This document shows positions 43,825 through 52,648 of a stretch of DNA of 64,000 nucleotides, in pieces. The stretch comes from a virus. The stretch's first letter is position 1; each line of letters starts with the position of its first letter. The position numbers and the translations under genes are program-made. Under the pieces are notes generated by a model. The model had not been told where the DNA came from and made no database searches. It worked only from the letters and a program-made list of their open reading frames with translations. The stretch covers positions 122,556-186,555 of the IMG/VR virus record IMGVR_UViG_3300037042_006844; one strand, given 5' to 3'.

Positions 43825-44154
43825 TTTTCACTGTCAGGTCAATAATGACAGACCGTTAGCAATAAGCGGTGTCAATGTGCAAAAAAATTCAAGTGGTATA
43901 GCACATCTGACGTTATAGATTCCACTTGATGGTGGAGGGGCGCGGAATAGCCCCCTAGACAAACAGATTGACGGATTGATATAATCGAAGGATATTATAT
44001 CTAATGCAACAGATAAATCCGATATAATGGTTTGTCGAGAGTTTGACATAACTCTACAACAACATATGTCTGGTTGCGGGGATGAGCCAATGGTGTCTCG
44101 GTTATCCGATTGGATCGAGATTCAATAACCCTACAATCGGACCAATTTTATAAT

Positions 44155-44231
44155 TGCGGAATAGAGTTCTGGTGAACTCCGGTGTCTCATAAGCACTCGC
44201 TAGAAAAGTTCGATTCTTTTTTCCGCTACCA
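44155..44231 (+). tRNA. tRNA with anticodon CAU (Met or Ile2 type); mismatch at positions 1:72
   Basis: D arm GAGT-TCTGGTGA-ACTC. Anticodon stem-loop GGTGT-CTCATAA-GCACT, with G-U pairs. T arm AAAAG-TTCGATT-CTTTT. Acceptor 3' strand TTCCGCT plus ACCA. Confidence 0.5.
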
Positions 44232-44236
44232 ATTTC

Positions 44237-44330
44237 GGTTCTGTAGTTTAACTGGTAAAACCCCATACTTATAATATGGTAATCGCTAGATGTGCGTGAC
44301 TTCTCGGTTCGAATCCGAGCAGAACCACCA
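44237..44330 (+). tRNA. class II tRNA with a long variable arm and an apparent UAU anticodon
   Basis: Acceptor stem GGTTCTG/CAGAACC plus A and CCA. D arm GTTT-AACTGGTA-AAAC. Anticodon stem-loop CCATA-CTTATAA-TATGG. Variable arm of about 23 nt with a CGC/GCG stem. T arm CTCGG-TTCGAAT-CCGAG. Confidence 0.55.
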
Positions 44331-44394
44331 AATTTATGACGAACGTGTCATAAAAAAACAAAGTTACATTGAATTAATACTAATATAATAGAAT

Positions 44395-44721
44395 ATGAAA
44401 AAGATACTTCTAACAGTTGCAACCCTCTCTCTTCTTTTGACCGCTAGTGCGGTTGATACCAAGGAACTCTACGATTCACAATGCTCCAAGTGTCATGGAA
44501 CAAATGGCAATGGTGTGACCAAGATGGGTCAAAAGCTCAATGCGAAGGATTGGACCGATGTCAAGATTCAAGCCGCAATGACCGAGACCAACATGGTCAA
44601 GGCAATTAAGGTGGGCATTAAAGATGCCGAGGACAAGACTCGCATGAAGGCATATTCAGATATGACTGATGCCGATGTGACGAATTTGGTTACGTATATC
44701 AAAACCTTCAAAAAGCAATAA
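44395..44721 (+). CDS. small secreted c-type cytochrome
   Basis: Signal peptide and a single CSKCH haem-binding motif (CxxCH). Confidence 0.65.
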   Translation: MKKILLTVATLSLLLTASAVDTKELYDSQCSKCHGTNGNGVTKMGQKLNAKDWTDVKIQAAMTETNMVKAIKVGIKDAEDKTRMKAYSDMTDADVTNLVTYIKTFKKQ

Positions 44722-44739
44722 CATCGTATATAACATCGT

Positions 44740-45069
44740 ATGAAGAAATCATTGATGCTCGGGGTTTTGATTCTCAGCGGAATGTTGTGTCAAGCACAAA
44801 ACGCTGGAACCAACGAATTGTATAACAGCAAGTGCAGCAAGTGCCATGCAAAAGATGGCTCGGGCAACACACTGATGGGCAAAAAGTATAGTGCGAAAAA
44901 CTATACAGATGCAGCCGTCCAAAACAAGCTTACTGATGAAGCTTTTGATAAGTCCCTCAAAGAGGGTTACACCGATGCCGAAGGCAAGAAAGTAATGCAG
45001 GCTTTTCCAGAGCTTACGGCACTGGAGCGCAAGGAACTCATCAAAACGATGCGGTCCTTCAAGAAATAA
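44740..45069 (+). CDS. small secreted c-type cytochrome, a paralogue
   Basis: Signal peptide and LYNSKCSKCHAKDG. Paralogous to 44395..44721. Confidence 0.65.
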   Translation: MKKSLMLGVLILSGMLCQAQNAGTNELYNSKCSKCHAKDGSGNTLMGKKYSAKNYTDAAVQNKLTDEAFDKSLKEGYTDAEGKKVMQAFPELTALERKELIKTMRSFKK

Positions 45070-45088
45070 GATTGACATATCAATTTAT

Positions 45089-45161
45089 GCGGAATTAGTG
45101 TCATGAGGAGCACGGCTATCGACCAGATAGCAAGGTTGGTGCAAGTCCAAATTCCGCTCCA
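45089..45161 (+). tRNA. degenerate tRNA-like element with G at position 33, an ACC anticodon loop and a 4-bp T stem; possibly a pseudo-tRNA
   Basis: Acceptor stem GCGGAAT/ATTCCGC plus U and CCA. D arm GTGT…GCAC. Anticodon stem-loop GCTAT-CGACCAG-ATAGC. T arm TTGG-TGCAAGT-CCAA. Confidence 0.3.
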
Positions 45162-45169
45162 CTTTTTCA

Positions 45170-45245
45170 GGGCTCTTAGCTTAATTGGTTAAGCAGCAAA
45201 CTCATAATTTGTTGAGTGGGGGTTCGAGTCCCTCAGGGCCCACCA
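45170..45245 (+). tRNA. tRNA-Met (anticodon CAU)
   Basis: Acceptor stem GGGCTCT/AGGGCCC (with U-G). D arm GCTT-AATTGGTTA-AAGC. Anticodon stem-loop GCAAA-CTCATAA-TTTGT. T arm GGGGG-TTCGAGT-CCCTC. Discriminator A plus CCA. Confidence 0.7.
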
Positions 45246-45248
45246 TTT

Positions 45249-47681
45249 CTATCCTCTTCCAACAGTTGTTATTGGGTATGACGTAATTCTCGCCCAGTCT
45301 ATATCGAATTGTCGAACAGTAACAATGGTCGGCCAAATTTGGATACCAAATTGATATCCCGTGGTTGCTGGCATGATATATGAACTGGTTCCGTATTGAA
45401 TGCCATCGATCAAATAATGCATTTTGTTTGTAACGTTGTTTCTGACCAATTGGAATTTATGCCAGCCATCATCACCAGCCGATCCACTTCCGTATTTCAC
45501 AGACGTTGGGAATGATTGATTGATGCTGGCACTTCGCGCAGCATATCTCCAAGAACCAGTGATGGACCCCACCGATCCAGTTCTTTCAAAATAAAATCCT
45601 CTGACTACCCCTGTTGCCAATATATCACTAAACAATCCGACTCGCATTATATGATCTGGGGCTGTTTGAACATTTCTCATAATGGTTTCAAATGATCTAA
45701 AATCGCCCCATGCAATATGCATCGGTTGGGTTGGTGCCGCTATAAGCCCTGGTGTAAACGCACTCGGTGTAGTTGTGGAAGTGCTGCTTTGCCTTCTCAA
45801 CACACCAGGATGCCCCAGCGTTGAACTTAGCGTGGGAAGCATTGTTCCGTTATATATATTCCAACCATCATAGACTTGGTCTGCCGACTGGTGCGCCGAT
45901 AAAAATTCCCAAGATATATCTACAAGTCTGCTGGTATCTCTATACCCCAACAAATAGCTAGCTGACGTGGCATTTGTGGCGGTTGTTGTGCTTGTTGCAC
46001 TGGCAGCTTTCACTGCCCAACTGCTTGTGATTGGATACGTAGAAGCAGAAAGCAATCCTTTTTGATAATACGATCCGTGCTGACCATCGAGTTTATCAGA
46101 ATCACTGGAATAGCTGCTGAAGCTTGCGGACGTTACATGTTGCGCCCAACTGCTTGTTATTGGATACGTTGAGGCTGTGTGCAGCGTTGTTCCACCTCCT
46201 GGTGCCCAACTTGCACTACGGGCATTTTCAGCCCAGCTTGAGGTAAACGGATATGTCGAACCAGTATGCAGTGTCGTGCCGCCTCCACTTGATGGTGCCC
46301 AACTTGCACTACGTGCTTGATTTGCATAGCTGGCAGTTCCAGCAAATAATGATGCAGTAATTACTGAACAACTTATATGCCCCGCAACGTCCAGTGTATT
46401 TACTGGGTTGCTGACTCCTATACCAACTTTTCCGTTTGGTTGTGGTTGCCCAGTAGTCCCAGGAGTATTTGCGAATATAACATTGGCAATGTTTGTTTGA
46501 TCTGGCGCAGTGTTTATGGCTCCTCGACCAATTGCAATGCTGTTACCATACCCTCCTGTCGATGTATAATCTCCGATCAAAATTGAAGAGGAATTTCCCG
46601 CCGAGTTATTAACCGTGTCAGTCTGACCCGCTGCATAACCTATGAAAATGCTGTTATTTGCTGTAGTAGCCCCCGATCCAGCCCACGTTCCGATGAAATT
46701 GCTATTCAAAGCTCCAGTCGCCGAATCCCCTGCCGAATATCCAATGAAATTGCTGTTGTATGCATTTGAAGCATTAGCACCAGCAAAGTATCCAATGAAA
46801 TTGCTTTCATATGCGTTTATTGCATTAACACCCGCTCTGTCACCGATGAAATTACTACGTGCGGCATGATCAGCACTAGAGCCAGCAAAGTATCCAATGA
46901 AATTACTGTCGCCCGCATCGGTTGAGAATTTTCCCGCTTTATATCCAATGAAATTGCTGGCTCTGACACTACCAGATGCGCCATATCCCGTTTGATATCC
47001 TATAAAATTGCACTCCATGGCATCGGGGGCATTATATCCAGAACCACTTCCAATAAAATTGCTTTTGACGGGAGCACTTCCTGTATTGCTGACGATGTGC
47101 CCAATTAATATCAGATTTCCAGCAATACTGGCTCCCGTATTAATTTGAAGACCGTTGTTTGGAGAAATCGATGCGGATGCACTTCCACTTATGATTTTGG
47201 ATGGATCGCCGCCGCCAGGTGCCCAACTTGCACTGTGGGCATGGCTTGAACTATGAGCATGGCTTGCACTGTGGGCATGGCTTGCACTACGAGCATAACT
47301 AGATGATGTCGCATTATCGGCTTTCAAAGCATGGCTTGCACTGTGTGCGTGGCTTGAGCTTCTTGCCCAGCTTGCACTGTGTGCATGGCTTGAGCTTCTA
47401 GCATAGCTCGCCGACACAGCGTTTCTTGCCCAACTGCTTGTGATCGGGTATGATGAACCAGTGCGAATTCCTGGTAGATTTACCGAATTGCCGAGTCCGT
47501 CATAATAGCTAGCCGATGCTATTTGCACCAACCGTCCATATGTGGTTGATATTTGCTTTCCTAGTAAAGAATAGTTCATATTTAGAGTCAGTGTGTATAT
47601 ATAATTATCAATAATATCTTCCGTCCACAAACGAATTTCCTGCGGTGCTACCTGGGAAATAACTTGCCCCAGCACCACCAC
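45249..47681 (-). CDS. tail fibre or receptor-binding protein, paralogue 1, repeat-rich
   Basis: 810 aa. NSNFIGY.AG repeats and ARSASWAPGGG…STYPITSSWA repeats. Block SILIGDYTSTGGYGNSIAIG shared with the upstream paralogue. Confidence 0.65.
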   Translation of the reverse strand: MVVLGQVISQVAPQEIRLWTEDIIDNYIYTLTLNMNYSLLGKQISTTYGRLVQIASASYYDGLGNSVNLPGIRTGSSYPITSSWARNAVSASYARSSSHAHSASWARSSSHAHSASHALKADNATSSSYARSASHAHSASHAHSSSHAHSASWAPGGGDPSKIISGSASASISPNNGLQINTGASIAGNLILIGHIVSNTGSAPVKSNFIGSGSGYNAPDAMECNFIGYQTGYGASGSVRASNFIGYKAGKFSTDAGDSNFIGYFAGSSADHAARSNFIGDRAGVNAINAYESNFIGYFAGANASNAYNSNFIGYSAGDSATGALNSNFIGTWAGSGATTANNSIFIGYAAGQTDTVNNSAGNSSSILIGDYTSTGGYGNSIAIGRGAINTAPDQTNIANVIFANTPGTTGQPQPNGKVGIGVSNPVNTLDVAGHISCSVITASLFAGTASYANQARSASWAPSSGGGTTLHTGSTYPFTSSWAENARSASWAPGGGTTLHTASTYPITSSWAQHVTSASFSSYSSDSDKLDGQHGSYYQKGLLSASTYPITSSWAVKAASATSTTTATNATSASYLLGYRDTSRLVDISWEFLSAHQSADQVYDGWNIYNGTMLPTLSSTLGHPGVLRRQSSTSTTTPSAFTPGLIAAPTQPMHIAWGDFRSFETIMRNVQTAPDHIMRVGLFSDILATGVVRGFYFERTGSVGSITGSWRYAARSASINQSFPTSVKYGSGSAGDDGWHKFQLVRNNVTNKMHYLIDGIQYGTSSYIMPATTGYQFGIQIWPTIVTVRQFDIDWARITSYPITTVGRG
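47215..47440. repeat. tandem repeats of about 15 nt (GCATGGCTTGCACTG-like) inside the tail-fibre gene, encoding SAS(H/W)A(H/R) repeats
   Basis: Direct inspection of 47215-47440 shows at least 8 imperfect copies. Confidence 0.55.
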
Positions 47682-50172
47682 TGTTTATAATTGCAAACGA
47701 GTTGGCATTGTATCGTTGTCCAGATGCGGTTCCAACCCATGTAATTCCTGGAGCATACACAACGCCAAAAGTATCGGCTGCGCAAAACCATGCTGTGAAC
47801 GCAAGAGACCCAACTAAAGTAACTGTCCAACCACCATCAGCACTGACTGTGGCACTGTTTGAAGCATACCAGTGTCCCAACCCTCCAGCAACAATACTAT
47901 AACTTCCCCCAAGTCTCACATTTGCTCCGAACAGTGATGCTATATGCAAACTTCCAGCGGGAACCGTTCCAAACCGAATGCCCGCCCCAGTCGCAACTGT
48001 TGTATATGGTCCTGATGCATAAATACAATGTTGTGTGGTGGATCTTAATTCCATATTTTGGAACACGAATTTTCCGAACACGTTTGCCGCATATATCGAA
48101 TTTTTGCCAGCAGCAGGAGAACCAGAGAGAATGACATTTGCGGGAGTTCCAGAATTTCCATTAAATATTACTCGCCCCGATCCAACAACGTTTGACAGAT
48201 TTACAGTCTGCGCATATGTTCCATCTGCCAATTGAACCGTTACGTCGTATATTCCAGTATCAATTGACGAAACTACATCCATTGCTTTCTGCAAAGTTGC
48301 AAATGGAGCACCGACTGTCAATCCATTGTTTGAATCGTTGCCAGTTGTGCTAACATAATATGTTCTTTCCGCCAGCAACACTGTGCGAGTCGTTGCCGAT
48401 GTTGGTGCTGGAGCATATGATGCTGATACGGCATTTCTAGCCCAACTGCTTGTTATTGGATATGTGCTGCCAGTGCGAAGTGTTGATCCTCCACCCCCAC
48501 CACTGCTTGGTGCCCAACTTGCACTACGAGCTTGTTTTGCATAACTTGCTGTGCCAGCAAACAATGATGCGGACACAACCGTCGCCGATATGTTTCCGGC
48601 CACATCCAATGCATTAACTGGGTTGCTGACTCCTATACCAACTCTACCGTTGGATTGAACAGAGCCAGTTGTTGTGGTGCCAGTATAAATACCCGTTGCG
48701 AACAACACATTTCCAATGCTCACTTGTTCTGGTAGAGTATTTTGAACTCCCTGACCAATCGCAATGCTGTTGCTGTTACCACCAGTTGACGTAAAATCAC
48801 CAATCAGTATTGAAGATTTTCCTATCACTGAGTTATCAACGATATCAGCGTAACCTGCACTATAACCTATGAAAATACTGTTGTTGGCTTTGGGTGCGTT
48901 AACACCACACCAACGACCAATGAAATTGCTGTATGATGCGCTTACTGAGTTCTGTCCAGCAGCAAATCCTATGAAATTGCTGTTATTGGCTTCGGTTGCT
49001 TCAGAGCCAGCACTGACACCTATAAAATTGCTTTCATATGCATTTACAGCCCAGTTGCCCGAACCCATTCCAATAAAATTGCTGCTGTGGGCATTGGTGG
49101 CTTGTGATCCAGCACCCGCTCCAAAAAAATTACTGTTTGTGGCACTGACGGCGTTGATGCCAGCACTATTTCCCATGAAGTTGGAAAACGAGGCTTCAGC
49201 AGCATTGATACCAGCCCAAATTCCAATAAAATTGCTGTTTTCAGCATTTGTTGCTGCTTCGCCAGCTTGTGTTCCAATGAAATTGCTGTTGTTGGCGTTT
49301 GCTGCTTGATTTCCAGCACCGGCACCAACAAAATTGCTATATACCGCATATACTGCTTGATTTCCAGCACCATCTCCAACAAAATTGCTATGGTGGGCAT
49401 ATGATGCGCTGAGTCCAGCTTCATAGCCCAACAAATTGGTATTGGCTGGAGGAGTTTTTGTGTTGACGATATAACCAGTTATCAATACATCCCCTTCAAA
49501 ACTTGCAGATGTGTTGACTTGCAAGCCCCCAGCTGGCGAAATCGAGGCTGATACGCTGCCATTGATAATTCTGGTTGGTTCACCGCTACCACCCGGTGCC
49601 CAGCTTGCACTTCGAGCGTGGTTTGCATAACTGGATGATGATGCGTTTGAACTGATATTGATCAGCATTTTTCCAGCCGTTGTGTGTTGGTATAAACAAT
49701 ATCCAACCACAGTTGGCACTGCGTTTCCATCTGGGGGAGTCAATGAGTATCTACCAGGAGTTGTTCCGCTCAAATACAATAATGACCCAGCCGAATAGCC
49801 CGATGTATTGACATCATTGACTTGACCTTGGGCTGTAACGTATCCTTTGCTTGCACTGAGAATATTTTGAGCAGCTACACCAGCAACGTTGTATTTCTTC
49901 GTAACACCATCACTGATTGCTTTGAAACCGATTGGGTATGTTAGCAAAGACCCCGACAGTGTTATAGCATCACCCGCAGAAATATTTTCGCCAGCATAAA
50001 TTTGCCCAAGGGTCTCTTGACCAATTTTCAACGTCAATCCAGATTGATCGTTGTATACGGCGTATGTGTGGTTATCTTTGTCCCAAAACAGCAACCCTTC
50101 TTGCCATGCAGGTTTTGTTGCATTGGTAGCCGCTTGGATATACGAATTCTGATCTATTTGAAAAATGTGCAT
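47608..50172 (-). CDS. tail fibre or tailspike with a right-handed beta-helix (pectate-lyase-like, putative depolymerase) domain, paralogue 2
   Basis: 854 aa. YVSTTGNDSNNGLTVGAPFATLQKAM is the hallmark N-terminal cap of beta-helix tailspikes. Shares the NFIG repeats and SILIGDFTSTGGNSNSIAIG with paralogue 1. Confidence 0.65.
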   Translation of the reverse strand: MHIFQIDQNSYIQAATNATKPAWQEGLLFWDKDNHTYAVYNDQSGLTLKIGQETLGQIYAGENISAGDAITLSGSLLTYPIGFKAISDGVTKKYNVAGVAAQNILSASKGYVTAQGQVNDVNTSGYSAGSLLYLSGTTPGRYSLTPPDGNAVPTVVGYCLYQHTTAGKMLINISSNASSSSYANHARSASWAPGGSGEPTRIINGSVSASISPAGGLQVNTSASFEGDVLITGYIVNTKTPPANTNLLGYEAGLSASYAHHSNFVGDGAGNQAVYAVYSNFVGAGAGNQAANANNSNFIGTQAGEAATNAENSNFIGIWAGINAAEASFSNFMGNSAGINAVSATNSNFFGAGAGSQATNAHSSNFIGMGSGNWAVNAYESNFIGVSAGSEATEANNSNFIGFAAGQNSVSASYSNFIGRWCGVNAPKANNSIFIGYSAGYADIVDNSVIGKSSILIGDFTSTGGNSNSIAIGQGVQNTLPEQVSIGNVLFATGIYTGTTTTGSVQSNGRVGIGVSNPVNALDVAGNISATVVSASLFAGTASYAKQARSASWAPSSGGGGGSTLRTGSTYPITSSWARNAVSASYAPAPTSATTRTVLLAERTYYVSTTGNDSNNGLTVGAPFATLQKAMDVVSSIDTGIYDVTVQLADGTYAQTVNLSNVVGSGRVIFNGNSGTPANVILSGSPAAGKNSIYAANVFGKFVFQNMELRSTTQHCIYASGPYTTVATGAGIRFGTVPAGSLHIASLFGANVRLGGSYSIVAGGLGHWYASNSATVSADGGWTVTLVGSLAFTAWFCAADTFGVVYAPGITWVGTASGQRYNANSFAIINSGGAGASYFPGSTAGNSFVDGRYY

Positions 50173-50269
50173 ACGTTATTTCGTATATAAATAGATGTTG
50201 GTTGCGGTGTTGACAACAAATATTTTCGTGGTAAACTGTTGGTAGTCGTAGATACAACAAAAACAAAAT

Positions 50270-50521
50270 ATGTCACAATTTATTAAATTAACTCGCGTTC
50301 TCAGGGGTTCGGACCCAGAGGTTTCTTTTCCCCAATTGTATAATATAGATACAATTATAACAATTTTGCCAGAGGACGGAGGGGGATCGAGGGATCAGTG
50401 CATTATTGTTACAATTGGGTTTTCTGACGGAGATTTAGTCAAAGAATCCTTCAAAACTGTGTGTGACTTGATTGCAATTGTCTCGCCAATGCCCCAACGA
50501 AAGTCCCTTGTTAAGGGATAA
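50270..50521 (+). CDS. hypothetical protein
   Basis: 83-aa ORF. Confidence 0.35.
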   Translation: MSQFIKLTRVLRGSDPEVSFPQLYNIDTIITILPEDGGGSRDQCIIVTIGFSDGDLVKESFKTVCDLIAIVSPMPQRKSLVKG

Positions 50522-50544
50522 CGCAAATAGACCAATATTATATT

Positions 50545-51090
50545 ATGAATGTCCACGATCACCTAAAGCCGTTAACGGTAACGGAGATCAAAACTTATTA
50601 TCAGTCAAACACGATACCAGCAGCATCAGCCATGATGCACGTAACTGGGGATTTCAATCTGTCCACGTTGATTCGTAACAGCAACTTTTTTGGTTATGAG
50701 AAGGTATACTATGTGGGCGGTAGCAAGCAGTATGATCGTCGTGGCACCGTTGGAACACACAATTACGTCGATGTTAACTTCATCAAGACCGAAGAGGAGT
50801 TCGTCAAGGTTATGCGTGAGGATGGTTATAAGATAATTGCAATTGAAAACAACATAGAGCATCCATCCGACAGTTTTTTTAAGTTTTTCGATGCAATCCA
50901 AAACGTTGCTGAATTTGGCAAGCCCATCTTCATTTTTGGCGAAGAACAGCGCGGTCTCAGTGATTATATGCTGTATAACAGTGACCACATTTTGTTTATA
51001 CCAGGTAATGGGACCGTGCGCAGTCTGAACGTGGGGACTGCCAGTGGCATAGTTTTGTCATATTATTACGCCCGTTATTTTATGAAATAG
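50545..51090 (+). CDS. SpoU/TrmH-family (SPOUT) RNA 2'-O-methyltransferase
   Basis: IIAIENNIEHP, PIFIFGEEQRGLS and FIPGNGTVRSLNVGTASGIVLSYY match SPOUT motifs I-III. Confidence 0.65.
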   Translation: MNVHDHLKPLTVTEIKTYYQSNTIPAASAMMHVTGDFNLSTLIRNSNFFGYEKVYYVGGSKQYDRRGTVGTHNYVDVNFIKTEEEFVKVMREDGYKIIAIENNIEHPSDSFFKFFDAIQNVAEFGKPIFIFGEEQRGLSDYMLYNSDHILFIPGNGTVRSLNVGTASGIVLSYYYARYFMK

Positions 51091-51200
51091 CTCAGGGGGT
51101 GGTGTTGATTTTTATAGTTGACACCCGCCCATCTATGATCTATGATCCATTTATGCAGAACACAAACAAAAAATTTGACAAAGACCCGATTGGTTCCAGA

Positions 51201-52046
51201 ATGAAATCTTCTTACGAGGATCGGACTAGATATTGTCTGCCTCGTAGAACATACACCATTTTGCGTCTCGATGGCAAATCGTTTCATTTTTACACCCAAG
51301 ACCTCGACAAACCTTTTGATGCGGGTTTTATCGAAGACATGAATCGAGCCGTTGTCAACACGATTCATGAAATTTCACAAGGTGTTGCTTTTGCCTACGC
51401 ACAGTCTGACGAAATTTCAATTCTGCTCACCGATTTTGAGAATGATCAAACAGATGCTTGGTTTGGTGGCAATATTCAAAAAATGAGTAGTGTTGCTGCC
51501 AGCATTATGACTGCTCAATTCAACCGTTTCAGACATATTAGACATTACAACCAAGTTCTTGGGACTTTGAATTTGGCAGACCCAACAATTGCTGCGGATG
51601 TGAATGCAAAAAATCGACTGTCGCCAATTTGGCTGCCGTATTTTGATTGCCGAGCGTTTACCATTCCCGACAGAACCGAAGTTATGAATTATTTTCGGTG
51701 GAGGCAGCAGGATTGCATTCGCAACAGTTTGAGCATGGTCGCACAAAGCATGTTCAGTCACGGCGAATTACAGAATAAAAGCCAAATTGACATGCACGAA
51801 ATGTTGCACCAAAAAGGTGTGAACTGGGCAACCGATTATACCGCTGCCCAGAAGAACGGTAGAATTTTTGTGAAAGAAACCAAACCGACTGAACATATGA
51901 GCAATGTGATAAGTTGGGAGGCTGATATGGCGAACTACAAAGTGGTTCCGGTTCCAACGCACATCGTAAAATGGCAAGCCAATGAAGCTTGGGTCTTTAG
52001 CAAAGACGAAGGCAAACTGCTTGACATGATTCCTAAATATGCATAA
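51201..52046 (+). CDS. Thg1-like protein (tRNA-His guanylyltransferase / 3'-5' polymerase family)
   Basis: TYTILRLDGKSFHFYTQDLDKPFDAGFIEDMNRAVVNTIHEISQGVAFAYAQSDEISILL aligns with the Thg1 core (RVDGRAFHKFS…KPND…DIVLAYGQSDEYSF). Start placed at MKSSYED, by analogy with the Thg1 N-terminus; the track ORF starts at 51099. Confidence 0.7.
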   Translation: MKSSYEDRTRYCLPRRTYTILRLDGKSFHFYTQDLDKPFDAGFIEDMNRAVVNTIHEISQGVAFAYAQSDEISILLTDFENDQTDAWFGGNIQKMSSVAASIMTAQFNRFRHIRHYNQVLGTLNLADPTIAADVNAKNRLSPIWLPYFDCRAFTIPDRTEVMNYFRWRQQDCIRNSLSMVAQSMFSHGELQNKSQIDMHEMLHQKGVNWATDYTAAQKNGRIFVKETKPTEHMSNVISWEADMANYKVVPVPTHIVKWQANEAWVFSKDEGKLLDMIPKYA

Positions 52047-52446
52047 CAGTGACCATCACAAAATCAACAGACGGACGATCACAAAATGCCGAGTCTACGA
52101 CGAAAAATATCGTTGTTGGGACACATCTCCATTGATGATTTATCCGGGGGAGCCAATCGTCAAACAAGGAAGAATCATTCAATGGTGGACGGGATTGATT
52201 GATATTAACAAGAAGGAGATTTACGAAGGCGACATCGTTCGTAAATTGATGTCGCGGTCGCTGTGGGATGTTCCAGAATATGATCGCGGAGTGATTACGT
52301 GGGTAAGGGAATCATTTTGCATTAACCAGAAAAACATTGGCAGCACAAACATATCGGAATACGTTTCCTGTGATTGTTGCTCTACTGATTTGAATGTGAT
52401 CGGAAACATTTTCGATAACCCAGAACTACTATTGGACACCGTATGA
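52039..52446 (+). CDS. YopX-like protein
   Basis: C-terminal …VIGNIFDNPELL is typical of YopX-family proteins. Confidence 0.45.
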   Translation: MHNSDHHKINRRTITKCRVYDEKYRCWDTSPLMIYPGEPIVKQGRIIQWWTGLIDINKKEIYEGDIVRKLMSRSLWDVPEYDRGVITWVRESFCINQKNIGSTNISEYVSCDCCSTDLNVIGNIFDNPELLLDTV

Positions 52447-52643
52447 ACGATAAAAAGCGAACACATCATTATTTGAAATTGGAACTCTCCAAAGAGTTGA
52501 GTGAGAACGATATCGATTACATCCAACATATGTTGGAGCGAGTATTGCATGATTCATTCATCGACCGCACGGAACACCAACTCGGAAAAAAGTTTGAAAT
52601 TAAACTAACAAAAATAACATATACATCCAGCACGGGAATCTAA
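52443..52643 (+). CDS. hypothetical protein
   Basis: 66-aa ORF with ATGA overlap. Confidence 0.35.
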   Translation: MNDKKRTHHYLKLELSKELSENDIDYIQHMLERVLHDSFIDRTEHQLGKKFEIKLTKITYTSSTGI

Positions 52644-52648
52644 AAAAT

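Noticed and set aside
44106-44132. 7-bp hairpin (CCGATTG…CAATCGG) followed by ACCA, resembling a tRNA acceptor minihelix
   Set aside because: It lacks D, anticodon and T arms and could be a chance palindrome. It is not callable as a tRNA without covariance evidence.
45072-45077. TTGACA upstream of the tRNA-like element as its promoter
   Set aside because: No acceptable -10 box sits at the right spacing. The tRNAs are more likely transcribed from the 43594 promoter or from within the cytochrome c operon.
44749-45078. 109-aa minus-strand ORF
   Set aside because: It is antisense to the second cytochrome c gene (CxxCH motif, signal peptide).
45682-49424. Several 60-146-aa ORFs inside the tail-fibre genes
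   Set aside because: They are alternative frames of repeat-rich tail-fibre sequence, with no start context.
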